Below are positions 27,984 to 38,477 of a stretch of DNA of 64,000 nucleotides, piece by piece; position 1 is the stretch's first letter; each line of letters starts with the position of its first letter. Under the pieces are notes generated by a model, which did no database searches, was not told where the DNA came from, and saw nothing but the letters and a program-made list of their open reading frames with translations. A program made the translations under genes and the position numbers. Source of the stretch: Candidatus Omnitrophota bacterium (GTDB lineage: Bacteria; Omnitrophota; Gorgyraeia; B26-G9); contig JAZDHZ010000003.1 of assembly GCA_043805415.1 (NCBI GenBank), positions 28,366 through 92,365 on the forward strand, in the 5' to 3' direction.

Positions 27984-28904
27984 ATGAATAAAGATTTAAT
28001 TTCAGGGTTTGATTTATCTGAGCAGGATATTAATAAAATATTTTCGCTTACATCAAAACTGAAAAAAAACAAAATAGACAGCTGTCTTAAAAATCAGACT
28101 ATTGGACTTGTTTTTCAAAAACCATCAGTGCGGACGCGAGTTTCTTTTGAAGTCGGCGCTCGTCAGCTGGGAGCAAATTGTTTATACCTTGCGCCGCAGG
28201 ATATTGAGCTGGGGAGCCGGGAGCCGTTAAAAGATGTAGCTAGAGTTCTTGGCCGCTACTTAGATGGAATTATTGCCCGGACTTTTTCCCATGACCATGT
28301 TATTGAACTGGCAAAGTACGCGGATATCCCGGTAATAAACGGTTTAAGCGATTTGTATCATCCTGCCCAGGCTTTAGCTGATATTTATACTGTATCTGAA
28401 CATACAACTAAGTTTAAAGGCGTGAAGCTTGTTTATGTCGGGGATGGAAATAATGTGGTTAACTCGCTTATGGCCATTTGCGCAAAAGTAGGCATGGATT
28501 TTATTGTGTCGACACCCAAAGGCTATGAGCCGAACAAGCTGATTTGGGCTAATGCTCTTAAAATTGCTAAGCAAAACAAAGCAAAGCTTGTGCACTGCTA
28601 TGATCCGGAAGAGGCAGTAAAAGGGGCTGATTTTATTTATAGTGATGTTTGGACTTCAATGGGACAGGAAAAAGAAGCAGTCAAGAGGATCAAGGCATTT
28701 AAGAATTATCAAATAAACGCAGAGCTGCTTAAACACGCAGGCAAGCAATATAAGATTATGCATTGCATGCCGATACACCGTGGGCAGGAAATGACGGATG
28801 AAGTTGTTGAATCCAAGCAATCGATTATCTTTGATCAGGCAAAAAATAGAATGCATGTGCAAAAAGCAGTGATGGCGCTACTTTTGCAAAGCAAAAGTAA
28901 ATGA
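27984..28904 (+). CDS. argF: Ornithine carbamoyltransferase
   Basis: KPSVRTRVSF, HPAQ, DVWTSMG, MHCMP. Confidence 0.95.
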   Translation: MNKDLISGFDLSEQDINKIFSLTSKLKKNKIDSCLKNQTIGLVFQKPSVRTRVSFEVGARQLGANCLYLAPQDIELGSREPLKDVARVLGRYLDGIIARTFSHDHVIELAKYADIPVINGLSDLYHPAQALADIYTVSEHTTKFKGVKLVYVGDGNNVVNSLMAICAKVGMDFIVSTPKGYEPNKLIWANALKIAKQNKAKLVHCYDPEEAVKGADFIYSDVWTSMGQEKEAVKRIKAFKNYQINAELLKHAGKQYKIMHCMPIHRGQEMTDEVVESKQSIIFDQAKNRMHVQKAVMALLLQSKSK

Positions 28905-29061
28905 CAAATGACAAATGCCAAATGACAAATAACAAACAGAAGTCAAATTAAAGCAGGGTAAATAAAAAGCAGAAAAAGAAAATCTTTGAGGGTTTAAGAG
29001 TTATCTTCTGAAAGAAGATAGTCGATTTATTTGGATTTTGTCATTTGGATTTTGGAATTTC
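28899..29061. repeat. Inverted pair of heptamer arrays, (AAATGAC)n ... (ATTTGG/TTTGTC)n
   Basis: AAATGAC AAATGAC AAATGCC AAATGAC AAATAAC versus ATTTGGATTTTGTCATTTGGATTTTGG. Confidence 0.75.
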
Positions 29062-29081
29062 TTAAATAAGGAGCAAACGAA

Positions 29082-30257
29082 ATGAAGAAGAAGGTTGTGT
29101 TGGCTTATTCCGGGGGATTAGATACTTCCTGCTGTGTGAAATGGCTTCAGGATAAAGGTTTTGAAGTTATTTGCTTTAGCGCTAATCTTGGCAGCGAGTT
29201 TTCACCAGCAGAGCTTAAAAGGAAAGCTAAAGCCAGCGGAATTAAGACAATATATGTGGAAGATCTGCAGCAGGAATTTGCTGCTGATTATATTCTACCG
29301 GCTTTAAAGGCAAATGCTGTATATGAATCAAAATATGTTTTATCAACAGCTCTTGGGCGGCCTTTAATCGCTAAATATTTAGTGGATATTGCCCACAAGG
29401 AAAAAGCTGAATATGTGGCGCATGGCTGTACCGGCAAAGGAAATGACCAGGTAAGAATTGATACAACAGTAAAAATTTTAGACCCAAAACTTAAAATAAT
29501 CGCGCCGGTAAGAGAGTGGGATCTAACATCACGCGAATCAGAGATTGCCTATGCCAAAAAAAACAAAATAGAAATCTCCGCAACCAAGGAAAAAATTTAC
29601 AGCATTGATCAGAATATCTGGGGCATCAGTATTGAAGGCGGGCTGATGGAAGACTTAAATAATGCTCCTGATGAAAGTGCCTATGTATTAACTAAAGGAA
29701 TAGATAAAACGCCCAATAAACCGGATTATGTTGAAATTGAATTTGATAAAGGAACACCGATTAAGCTCAATGGCAAGAAAATGAGTTTCTTAAGCATGAT
29801 TGAGGATTTAAACAAGGTTGCGGGTAATCATGGTATTGGCAGAACTGATTTAATCGAAGACCGGACTGTGGGGATCAAATCCCGTGAGGTTTATGAAGCC
29901 CCGGCAGCCTGGGTATTGCTGCAAGCTCATCGCGAGCTGGAAAGTGTGGTCTTGGATAAAGACACAATTAGTTTTAAAGAAATAGTTGGTTTGCGTTATT
30001 CGCAGCTTGCTTATCAGGGCTTATGGTTTTCCCGGCTGCGCAAAAGTTTAGCTGCTTTTGTGGATTTAACCCAGGAAAAAGTCACGGGTAGTGTAAAACT
30101 AAAACTTTACAAAGCGAATATTACGGTTGCGCAAAGGAATTCAAAGCATTCACTTTACAGAAAAGAATTAGCAACCTATGGCGAGGAAGATCAGTTTAAC
30201 CGCGAGGATGCTAAAGGTTTTATTGAAATATTCTCTTTGCCGTATCGAGAAAGATAA
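29082..30257 (+). CDS. argG: Argininosuccinate synthase
   Basis: LAYSGGLDTS, HGCTGKGNDQVR, KSREVYEAP. Confidence 0.98.
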   Translation: MKKKVVLAYSGGLDTSCCVKWLQDKGFEVICFSANLGSEFSPAELKRKAKASGIKTIYVEDLQQEFAADYILPALKANAVYESKYVLSTALGRPLIAKYLVDIAHKEKAEYVAHGCTGKGNDQVRIDTTVKILDPKLKIIAPVREWDLTSRESEIAYAKKNKIEISATKEKIYSIDQNIWGISIEGGLMEDLNNAPDESAYVLTKGIDKTPNKPDYVEIEFDKGTPIKLNGKKMSFLSMIEDLNKVAGNHGIGRTDLIEDRTVGIKSREVYEAPAAWVLLQAHRELESVVLDKDTISFKEIVGLRYSQLAYQGLWFSRLRKSLAAFVDLTQEKVTGSVKLKLYKANITVAQRNSKHSLYRKELATYGEEDQFNREDAKGFIEIFSLPYRER

Positions 30258-30258
30258 A

Positions 30259-30590
30259 GCAGCGTATAGCGATTAGCGTTTAGTGTATAGAAAAGCAGAC
30301 ACAAAGTCACAAGGACACCAGGTCACCAGGTCACAAGGACGGAAAAGCAGTTATGAATTACGAGTTATGAATGAAAAGCAAAGAGCTAAAACAGTTCATA
30401 AAGTTTATAAAGTAAAAATATCGATAGGCAAAAATTCTCTTTGAGCGGCGCTTTCGAACGTAATTTTGACATGGAAGTCAAAATAGTGAGAACGCGCGGC
30501 TGAGTCTGCACGATGCAGGCTCAGGCTTAGCGAAAAGACGTGTTTTTGCCGGTAAGCGCACGCAATACGCACGACGCAATACTTTAACGA
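30259..30590. repeat. Composite heptamer-repeat cassette enclosing a structured palindromic element
   Basis: AGCGTAT/AGCGATT block, CACAAGG/CACCAGG block, GTTATGA block, hairpins at 30427-30550, ACGCAAT block. Confidence 0.7.
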
Positions 30591-30606
30591 ATAAAAGGAA
30601 ATAATT

Positions 30607-31977
30607 ATGGCTAAAAAATTATGGGGCGGCAGATTTAAAAAGAACATTGATCGCGATTTTGAGGAGTTTTCAAAATCTATTCAGTATGATTACAAACTGG
30701 CCAGAATTGATGTGTTTCATTCAATAATTCATACTTTAGCTCTAGGCGGCAGCAAACTTTTAACCAAATCCGAGACTAAAAAAATCTTAGATGCTTTAAA
30801 TTCGATCATCAAGGATATTGACACTAAAAAATTCACGCCAGATATGAGCTCCGAAGATATTCATACGGATATTCATAATCGTTTGGAAAAAAAGATCGGG
30901 TTGCTTGCGGATAAAGTGCATACCCTGCGTTCTCGCAATGATCAGATTGTGTTTAATGAAAAATTCTATTGTTTAGATGAAGCTTTGAATATTCAGGGAT
31001 TGCTTAAAAGCTTAATTGACAGCTGTGTTGGTTTGATGAGAAAGTATGATAAACAGCCATTTATCGGCTATACCCATACTCAAAGGGCACAGGTGATATT
31101 ATTTAGCGATTATATGGTTGCTTTCGCGCATATGTTTGCCAGGGATTTTAAACGGATAAAACAGTTTTATGAATCAGTAGTGCCGTATATCGGGGCCGGA
31201 GCTTTGGCTGGGACATCATTGCATAAAGAAGAGTATTTTAAAGCAATTGATGATTTTTTAACATACAAACAACCTGGTTCGGGAAAAGTTAAATCTGTGG
31301 AAAATTCAATTGACAATGTTAGCGACCGGGATTTTATTATGGAATTTCTTGGGGGAATTTCGATTATCCAAATGCATTTATCGCGATTGTGCGAAGATTT
31401 TATTTTATATTCCACTCAGGAATTTGATTATCTTGATCTGCCTGAAGAATTTTGCACTGGCAGCAGTTTAATGCCGCATAAAAAGAATCCGGATTTTCTC
31501 GAGCTTGTTCGCGGATATACCGGACGAATTTATGGCAACCAGATATCTCTGATGACAACGATGAAGGGGCTTCCGATGTCCTATAATCGGGATATGCAGC
31601 TGGATAAAGAACCTTTATTTTCTTCAGTAGATACAATTAAAGATGAGCTGAAAATAATGGCAAAATTCATTAAGGGCATAAGTCTAAAAAAGAAAGTCAT
31701 TGAAAAAGCTTTAAAGGACGAGCGGCTTTACGCGACCGAGCTTGCTGAATTTATGGTATTTAAAGGAGTCGCGTTTAAGGATGCCCATGATGCAGTGGGT
31801 AGAATTATCCGCTATGCGGAAGATAATTCTATCGAGATTAAACATATGTCAGATGAATTGCTTAAATCTTTTCACGCTAAACTTAGTCAAAAAGATATTC
31901 AGAAAGTAATGCATCCTGAACACGCGGTAAGTTCTAAAAAATCTGTCAACAGAAAGGTGCCGAGAGTTAATGCATGA
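30607..31977 (+). CDS. argH: Argininosuccinate lyase
   Basis: KLWGGRF, RSRNDQ, GSSLMPHKKNPD, YNRDMQ. Confidence 0.97.
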   Translation: MAKKLWGGRFKKNIDRDFEEFSKSIQYDYKLARIDVFHSIIHTLALGGSKLLTKSETKKILDALNSIIKDIDTKKFTPDMSSEDIHTDIHNRLEKKIGLLADKVHTLRSRNDQIVFNEKFYCLDEALNIQGLLKSLIDSCVGLMRKYDKQPFIGYTHTQRAQVILFSDYMVAFAHMFARDFKRIKQFYESVVPYIGAGALAGTSLHKEEYFKAIDDFLTYKQPGSGKVKSVENSIDNVSDRDFIMEFLGGISIIQMHLSRLCEDFILYSTQEFDYLDLPEEFCTGSSLMPHKKNPDFLELVRGYTGRIYGNQISLMTTMKGLPMSYNRDMQLDKEPLFSSVDTIKDELKIMAKFIKGISLKKKVIEKALKDERLYATELAEFMVFKGVAFKDAHDAVGRIIRYAEDNSIEIKHMSDELLKSFHAKLSQKDIQKVMHPEHAVSSKKSVNRKVPRVNA

Positions 31978-33229
31978 TTTTAAAATGAAAAACAATCGCT
32001 TGTTCTGTGAACAAGTAAGCCTTGAGGAAATCGCCCGGCAAGTGGGTAGTCCTGTTTTTGTTTATAGCAAAAAAACGATATTAGATCATTTTAATAAGCT
32101 GAAGCAAGCTTTTAAAGAGATTGATCCGCTTATTTGTTATTCGATGAAAGCAAACTCAAATCTGAGCATTTGTAAAATATTAAAAGATGCCGGCGCTGGA
32201 ATTGATATTGTTTCCGGGGGAGAACTCTATCGGGCCCAAGCGATCAAGGTTCCGGCTAATAAGATTGTTTATGCGTCAGTAGGCAAAACTCAAGAAGAAA
32301 TCAAAGCCGCGATTGAAGCCGGAATTTTGTTTTTCAATGTTGAATCAGTGGCAGAACTTAAGCAAATAAACGCGATTGCCAAGAGCTTGGATAAAAAACA
32401 AAAGGTGGCGATAAGAGTTAATCCGGATGTTGAAGCAAAAACTCATAAGTATATCATGACGGCTAAAAAACAGAATAAGTTCGGCATAGATGTTAAAACA
32501 ACTAAAGATATTTTTACTAAATTAAGCAAGTCGCTTAAGAACCTGGATATCTGCTGTATACATTTACATATTGGCTCGCAGATAGAACATGTTAGCCCGT
32601 TTATTCAGGCGCTTAAAAAAGGAGTAAAACTAATTGAGCAGCTGAATAAAAAAGGCGCTAGGATTACACACTTAAACATCGGCGGCGGATTGGGCATTAT
32701 TTATAATAAGGAAAAACCGCAAACCGCCTGCGAGTACGCGAAAGCAATACTCCCGATTATAAGCAATAAAAATCTAAAGCTTATTCTGGAACCGGGAAGA
32801 TTTATTATGGGCAATGCCGGAGTATTATTAACAAAGATAATCTATGTAAAAGATACCTCGGTTAAAAGGTTTTATATTGTTGATGCCGCAATGAATGATT
32901 TGATCAGGCCATCTTTTTATCAAGCTTTTCATGGAGTTGTACCAGTTATCGCTAAAAAGAAAGATAAACTTAAAAAAGCGGACATAGTCGGGCCTATTTG
33001 TGAAAGCGGAGATTTTCTCGCCAAACAAAGACTGTTGCCAACTTCTTTAAGCCAAGACGATATCCTTGCTGTGATGAGCGCTGGAGCTTATGGCTTTAGC
33101 ATGTCCAGTAATTACAATAGTCGGAGGCGCGCTGCTGAAGTCCTGGTTGATGGAGAAAAATATCAGATAATCAGACAAAGAGAGACTTACAGCGAGCTGA
33201 TTAAAAATGAGATAACTGGTAACATATAA
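31970..33229 (+). CDS. lysA: Diaminopimelate decarboxylase
   Basis: YSMKANSN, HIGSQI, EPGR, GPICESGD, GAYG..MSSNYN. Confidence 0.97.
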   Translation: MHDFKMKNNRLFCEQVSLEEIARQVGSPVFVYSKKTILDHFNKLKQAFKEIDPLICYSMKANSNLSICKILKDAGAGIDIVSGGELYRAQAIKVPANKIVYASVGKTQEEIKAAIEAGILFFNVESVAELKQINAIAKSLDKKQKVAIRVNPDVEAKTHKYIMTAKKQNKFGIDVKTTKDIFTKLSKSLKNLDICCIHLHIGSQIEHVSPFIQALKKGVKLIEQLNKKGARITHLNIGGGLGIIYNKEKPQTACEYAKAILPIISNKNLKLILEPGRFIMGNAGVLLTKIIYVKDTSVKRFYIVDAAMNDLIRPSFYQAFHGVVPVIAKKKDKLKKADIVGPICESGDFLAKQRLLPTSLSQDDILAVMSAGAYGFSMSSNYNSRRRAAEVLVDGEKYQIIRQRETYSELIKNEITGNI

Positions 33230-33238
33230 GAGGTGGAT

Positions 33239-34198
33239 ATGAAAAAAGATATCAAGAAAAAACCGGTAAAAAATAAAAAAGTCAAAAAAGCAGTTAAGCT
33301 TATTTTAAAAAAAGTTGTTAAAAAAACAGCAAAGAAAGTTATGGAAAAAAAATCGGTTAAAAAATCAAAAGGGAAAAAGAAAATAGCTGTTCAGAAAAAA
33401 AGAAAATTTGAGTTTACAAAGATGGTCGCATCAGGAAATGATTTCATTATTTTTGATAATCGCAAAAGCGGATTGAAAAATGGTTCGGAAATAGCTTTAT
33501 TGCTTTGCACCCGGACTTCCGGTATCGGAGCGGATGGTTTAATTTTTATCGAAAAATCAAAAAAAGCTGATTTTAAGATGAGAATATTTAATCCGGATGG
33601 TTCAGAGGCGGAGATGTGCGGAAATGGCATTCGCTGCGCGGCTTTATATAAAAACAAGAAAAATATGAAAATAGAAACGCTCGCGGGAGTTCTTAACGCG
33701 GAGTTAAATGAAAATGGGATTAAAGTAAAGATGACCGCGCCTTTGGATCTGCAGTTAAATATCAATTTAAATATTGATGGAAGAATTCATCAGGTCAATT
33801 ATGTGAATACCGGGGTGCCGCATAGTGTGTGTTTTGTGGAAAATTTGCCGGCAGCTAATGTGCGGATGCTGGGAAGATTGCTCCGATATCATAAACATTT
33901 TGAGCCGGAAGGAACAAATGTTGATTTTGTGAAAATAATGGAACATGATCTATTGTGTATCCGTACTTATGAGCGGGGTGTTGAAAATGAGACTTTAGCT
34001 TGCGGCACAGGTTCAGTTGCTGCCGCTTTAATCTATCACCACAAATTTCTTTACGCGGATGGTTCTTATTGCGTAGATATTAAAACCCAGGGTGAGGAAA
34101 TTTTAAAAGTTTATTTTGATTATGAAAAAGGTAATTTTACAAATGTCTGGCTGGAGGGAAATGCCAGAATGGTTTATAAGGGAGAATGTTATGTTTAA
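33239..34198 (+). CDS. dapF: Diaminopimelate epimerase with Lys-rich N-terminal extension
   Basis: FTKMVASGNDF, EMCGNGIRC, NTGVPH, ERGVENETLACGTG. Confidence 0.95.
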   Translation: MKKDIKKKPVKNKKVKKAVKLILKKVVKKTAKKVMEKKSVKKSKGKKKIAVQKKRKFEFTKMVASGNDFIIFDNRKSGLKNGSEIALLLCTRTSGIGADGLIFIEKSKKADFKMRIFNPDGSEAEMCGNGIRCAALYKNKKNMKIETLAGVLNAELNENGIKVKMTAPLDLQLNINLNIDGRIHQVNYVNTGVPHSVCFVENLPAANVRMLGRLLRYHKHFEPEGTNVDFVKIMEHDLLCIRTYERGVENETLACGTGSVAAALIYHHKFLYADGSYCVDIKTQGEEILKVYFDYEKGNFTNVWLEGNARMVYKGECYV

Positions 34199-35081
34199 AG
34201 GTTCTATGGTCGCGATAGTGACTCCGTTTAAAAATGGAAGACTTGATGAGGATAAACTAAAGGAGTTGGTTTATTTTCATATTAAAAATAAAACCTCAGC
34301 GATTGTGCCCTGCGGAACTACCGGTGAATCAGCAACTTTGTCATTAGCTGAGCATGAGCGGGTAATTGAGCTGGTGGTACAAACCGCTAATAAAAAAGTG
34401 CCGGTTATTGCCGGTACTGGTTCAAATAATACATATGAGGCAATAAGGCTGACAAAGCATGCCAGGGAAGCCGGTGCTGATGCCGCATTATTAATTGTGC
34501 CGTATTATAATAAACCAACGCAAAAGGGGCTTTATCTGCATTTTAAAGAGATCGCGGAAAGTGTGGACATCCCGATAGTGTTGTATAATATTGCCGCAAG
34601 AACAGCGGTTAATATGCTGCCTGAGACTATCGCGAGATTAGCTCATGAGTTTAAAAACATTGTGGGGATTAAAGAAGCCTCAGGTAATCTTGAGCAGATG
34701 GCAACAATTAAAATGCTTTGCCCAAAAGATTTTGATCTTATTTCTGGAGATGATACATTGACTCTGCCTTTGCTTGCTATTGGAGGAGTCGGAGTAATAT
34801 CAGTTGTGGCTAATATTGTTCCCCAGGATGTCGCGAAAATGGTGGAAGAGTTTGAAAAAGGAAACCTTATCCAAGCTCAACAGATGCACTACAAGCTTTT
34901 GCCTTTGGTTAAATCAATGTTTTTAGAAACTAATCCGATTTGTGTTAAAACTGCTATGGAAATGCTCGGAATGTGCGAACCTGGACTGCGCTTGCCTTTA
35001 TGTCCCATGGACGAAGATAATTTTAAGAAGCTGAATCAGGCATTACGGGATTATGGGCTTTTGAAGGGAAAAAAGAAATGA
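34191..35081 (+). CDS. dapA: 4-hydroxy-tetrahydrodipicolinate synthase
   Basis: MFKGSMVAIVTPF, GTTGES, PYYNKP, GIKEASG. Confidence 0.97.
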   Translation: MFKGSMVAIVTPFKNGRLDEDKLKELVYFHIKNKTSAIVPCGTTGESATLSLAEHERVIELVVQTANKKVPVIAGTGSNNTYEAIRLTKHAREAGADAALLIVPYYNKPTQKGLYLHFKEIAESVDIPIVLYNIAARTAVNMLPETIARLAHEFKNIVGIKEASGNLEQMATIKMLCPKDFDLISGDDTLTLPLLAIGGVGVISVVANIVPQDVAKMVEEFEKGNLIQAQQMHYKLLPLVKSMFLETNPICVKTAMEMLGMCEPGLRLPLCPMDEDNFKKLNQALRDYGLLKGKKK

Positions 35082-35791
35082 TTAAGATCGGGGTTATCGG
35101 ATGTTGCGGTAAAATGGGCCGAAGAATAATGGCATTAGCTGGACAAACTGATGGTTTGCAAACTCATCTGGGGCTGGAAAGAAAAGATTGTCCTGAGATT
35201 AATTCGACACTTGATGGTGTGCGGGTTAGCGCGGATATGAATCAGATCAAAGATATTGATGTTGTGATTGATTTCACGCCAATGACTGATAAAACTGATT
35301 TGTTGAATGCTGTTTGTAAGTATAAAAAATCAATTGTTATCGGAACCACAGGGCTTAGTTTAGAACAGGTAGCGATAATTAAGAATGCTTCCAAAGATAT
35401 CGCGATTGTTTATTCGCCTAATATGTCTGTAGGGGTTAATGTGATGTTTGATTTAGTTAGGCAAGCCGCGGCCCAGCTTAAAAATTATAAAATTAAAATT
35501 ATTGAAGCGCATCATATTCATAAAAAAGACGCTCCCAGCGGAACAGCTAAACAATTTGCCGCAATCATTGAGTCTCAAATCAAAGAACCAGTTAATGATA
35601 TTGAAGCTATTCGCCAAGGGGAAATTGTCGGGGACCATGAGATTATATTTGAAAGTGATGTGGATACGATAACTTTAAGCCATAAAGCTAAGACCCGGGA
35701 TATCTTTGCTAAGGGAGCGCTTGCGGCGGCTAAATGGGTTGTGAATAAACCTGCAGGTTTGTATAATATGCAGGATGTATTAAAAAAATAA
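35078..35791 (+). CDS. dapB: 4-hydroxy-tetrahydrodipicolinate reductase
   Basis: GKMG, GTTG, EAHHIHKKDAPSGTA. Confidence 0.97.
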   Translation: MIKIGVIGCCGKMGRRIMALAGQTDGLQTHLGLERKDCPEINSTLDGVRVSADMNQIKDIDVVIDFTPMTDKTDLLNAVCKYKKSIVIGTTGLSLEQVAIIKNASKDIAIVYSPNMSVGVNVMFDLVRQAAAQLKNYKIKIIEAHHIHKKDAPSGTAKQFAAIIESQIKEPVNDIEAIRQGEIVGDHEIIFESDVDTITLSHKAKTRDIFAKGALAAAKWVVNKPAGLYNMQDVLKK

Positions 35792-35878
35792 ACAATAAAC
35801 CAGTTGCCGGAGATTTTTTAAAAGTGAAATATATGTCTCTGGTGACTGGTAACTTTTTAATGAAAGGATCTGTGTGTA

Positions 35879-37048
35879 ATGAATATTGAAGCTGCCAAAA
35901 CATTATCAACTTTACCGCCATATCTTTTTGCGGCAATTGATAAAGAAAAACGCAAAGCCAGACAAGCTGGTCGTGATCTGATTGATCTTGGGATCGGTGA
36001 TCCTGATACCCCCACGCCTGGGCATGTTATTGAAGCTTTAAATAAAGCGGCTAAGGATCCGGCTAATCACAGATATGCTTTAGATGCCGGTATGCCGCAG
36101 CTAAAGGAGGAAATCGCTACTTGGTATGAGCAGCGGTTTAAAGTTAAGCTTGATCCGCTAACTGAGATCCTGCCGGTGCTGGGCTCTAAAGAAGCAATTG
36201 CTCATTTTCCATTTACTTTTTTAAATAAAGGTGATATTAGCTTAGTGCCTGATCCCGGGTATCCTGCATACAGAAACGCTACGATTCTAGCGGGCAGGGA
36301 GTATTATCCTATGCCGCTTGAAGAGAAAAACGGGTTTTTGCCTGATCTTAAGGCGATTCCGCAGGATGTGCTTAATAAAGCAAAATTAATATTTATAAAT
36401 TATCCGAATAATCCCACGGCAGCGATTGCGCCAAAAAGTTTTTTAAAACAGCTGGTAAACTTTGCTAAAAAAAATGAAATTATAATCTGTTTTGATATGG
36501 CTTATTCGGAAATGTGTTTTGAAGGTTATAAAGCTCCGGGAATCTTAGGGATCAGCGGAGCAAAGGATGTCGCGGTTGAGTTTCATTCACTTTCTAAAAC
36601 ATATAATATGACTGGTTGGAGAATCGGCTGGATTTGCGGAAATAAAGATGTTGTAGCGGCTTTAGCTAAATTTAAATCTAATATGGATTCAGGGATTTTT
36701 CAGGCTGTACAAATTGCGGGAATTGCTGCGTTAAAATCAAAACCAGCTTTTTACCAAAAGATGGCAAAAATATATACAGACAGACGCGACACTTTAGTGG
36801 ATGGTTTAAAGCAGCTGGGATGGCCGGTGAAAAGTCCAAAAGCAACTTTTTATGTGTGGACAAGGTTTCCCTATAAGATGACTTCAATTGAAGTTGCCAA
36901 TATGCTTTTAGACAAAGCAGACATTGTGGTTACTCCGGGGATCGGGTTTGGTAATCATGGAGAAGGTTTTATTCGCTTTGCGCTTACGCAAAATAAAGCA
37001 AGGATTAAGCAGGCAATCAAACGTTTAGCTAAGCTTCAAGAGATTTAA
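35879..37048 (+). CDS. dapL: LL-diaminopimelate aminotransferase
   Basis: LPPYLFA, DLGIGDPD, NYPNNPT, SLSKTYNMTGWRIG; inside the dap cluster. Confidence 0.88.
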   Translation: MNIEAAKTLSTLPPYLFAAIDKEKRKARQAGRDLIDLGIGDPDTPTPGHVIEALNKAAKDPANHRYALDAGMPQLKEEIATWYEQRFKVKLDPLTEILPVLGSKEAIAHFPFTFLNKGDISLVPDPGYPAYRNATILAGREYYPMPLEEKNGFLPDLKAIPQDVLNKAKLIFINYPNNPTAAIAPKSFLKQLVNFAKKNEIIICFDMAYSEMCFEGYKAPGILGISGAKDVAVEFHSLSKTYNMTGWRIGWICGNKDVVAALAKFKSNMDSGIFQAVQIAGIAALKSKPAFYQKMAKIYTDRRDTLVDGLKQLGWPVKSPKATFYVWTRFPYKMTSIEVANMLLDKADIVVTPGIGFGNHGEGFIRFALTQNKARIKQAIKRLAKLQEI

Positions 37049-37088
37049 AGCAGATTAATATATAAACTAACAGTGAAATATCTAAAAT

Positions 37089-37580
37089 ATGAGTCAACTG
37101 AAAAACAAGGTATATTTAGGTATAGGATCTAACCTGGGTGAGCGCAGCGCTAATATAGAGAAAGCACTTTTGCTTTTAAATGAAAATCCCAATATCTCGG
37201 TTGCTCAAGTTTCAACAATATATGAAACTGATCCAGTTGGCGGGCCGGCTCAAGGTAAATTTTTAAACGGAGTTATTGAACTAAGGACAGACCTTAACCC
37301 GCTTGAACTGCTAAATTATCTGCAGAATATAGAGGAAAAACTTGGACGTGTCCGGACAGGGCTTAAAAACCAGCCAAGAACTTTAGATTTAGATATTCTT
37401 TTATTTGATGATAGGGTTATAAATACCCAGCAATTAATAATCCCCCATGCTTTAATCCAAGACCGTTTGTTTGTGTTAAAACCATTTGCTGACATTGCTC
37501 CAGAAGTTATTCATCCAATTCTTAAAAAAACAATCAAGCAGATTTTTAGAGCTTTAAGTGTTGTTGTAAACTCTAGATAG
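37089..37580 (+). CDS. folK: 2-amino-4-hydroxy-6-hydroxymethyldihydropteridine diphosphokinase
   Basis: YLGIGSNLG, PRTLDLDIL, IPH. Confidence 0.96.
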   Translation: MSQLKNKVYLGIGSNLGERSANIEKALLLLNENPNISVAQVSTIYETDPVGGPAQGKFLNGVIELRTDLNPLELLNYLQNIEEKLGRVRTGLKNQPRTLDLDILLFDDRVINTQQLIIPHALIQDRLFVLKPFADIAPEVIHPILKKTIKQIFRALSVVVNSR

Positions 37581-37608
37581 GTTTTATTGTCAAAATCAGG
37601 ATAAGATT

Positions 37609-38463
37609 ATGCAGGTTATAAACAGCGTGACTGAAATGCGAAAAGTAGCGAACAAATTAAAGAAACAATCCCAAATCCTTGGTTTTGTACCGACAATGGG
37701 GTATTTACATAAAGGACATTTGTCCTTGTTGGCAAGATCAGTTAAAGATTGTGATATAAGTGTAGTCAGTATTTATGTAAATCCAATCCAATTCGGGCCA
37801 AAAGAAGATTTAAAAAAATATCCTAGAGATATAAAAAGAGATATTAAATTGTGTAAAGAGCAAGGTGCTGACTATGTTTTTATTCCAACAGATGAGCAGC
37901 TCTATCCAAAAGGCTATATGACTTATGTTGAGGTTAAAGGGCTTAGTGATGGACTTTGTGGTAAATCCCGTCCTGGGCATTTTAAGGGGGTAACAACCAT
38001 AGTAAACAAGTTGTTTAATATAGTGAGTCCAGATATCGCCTACTTTGGACAAAAAGACGCGCAACAGGCATTGGTGATTAAAAAAATGGTAAAAGATTTG
38101 CATATGTCTTTAAAAATAAAGATCTTACCAATAATTAGAGAATCAGATGGGCTTGCGATGAGTTCACGTAATGTGTATCTTGCGCCAAAACAGTGCAAAG
38201 ATGCGGTTTTACTATATCAAGCATTAAAAAAAGCAAGGCAATTGATCATCCAGAAACAGCGGGATTCAGAAAAAATAATTTCTCAAATGAAAAGATTGCT
38301 TTCTCAGTCGGAGTTTGCTACAATAGACTACATTGCTATCGTCGATGCTGATAATTTAGAAAAGATAAAACAGCTAAAAGCAAAAACAAAAGTATTAATC
38401 GCGATCGCAGTATATATCGGGCAGGTAAGATTAATTGATAATATTATAGTTAAAGTTGATTGA
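37609..38463 (+). CDS. panC: Pantoate--beta-alanine ligase
   Basis: [37 protein letters not shown]. Confidence 0.97.
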   Translation: MQVINSVTEMRKVANKLKKQSQILGFVPTMGYLHKGHLSLLARSVKDCDISVVSIYVNPIQFGPKEDLKKYPRDIKRDIKLCKEQGADYVFIPTDEQLYPKGYMTYVEVKGLSDGLCGKSRPGHFKGVTTIVNKLFNIVSPDIAYFGQKDAQQALVIKKMVKDLHMSLKIKILPIIRESDGLAMSSRNVYLAPKQCKDAVLLYQALKKARQLIIQKQRDSEKIISQMKRLLSQSEFATIDYIAIVDADNLEKIKQLKAKTKVLIAIAVYIGQVRLIDNIIVKVD

Positions 38464-38477
38464 AAGGAAAGAAGTTA

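Noticed and set aside
28899-30590. Possible CRISPR array in the repeat-rich arg junctions
   Set aside because: Units are 7-nt degenerate tandems without 25-45 nt repeats and unique spacers; no cas genes
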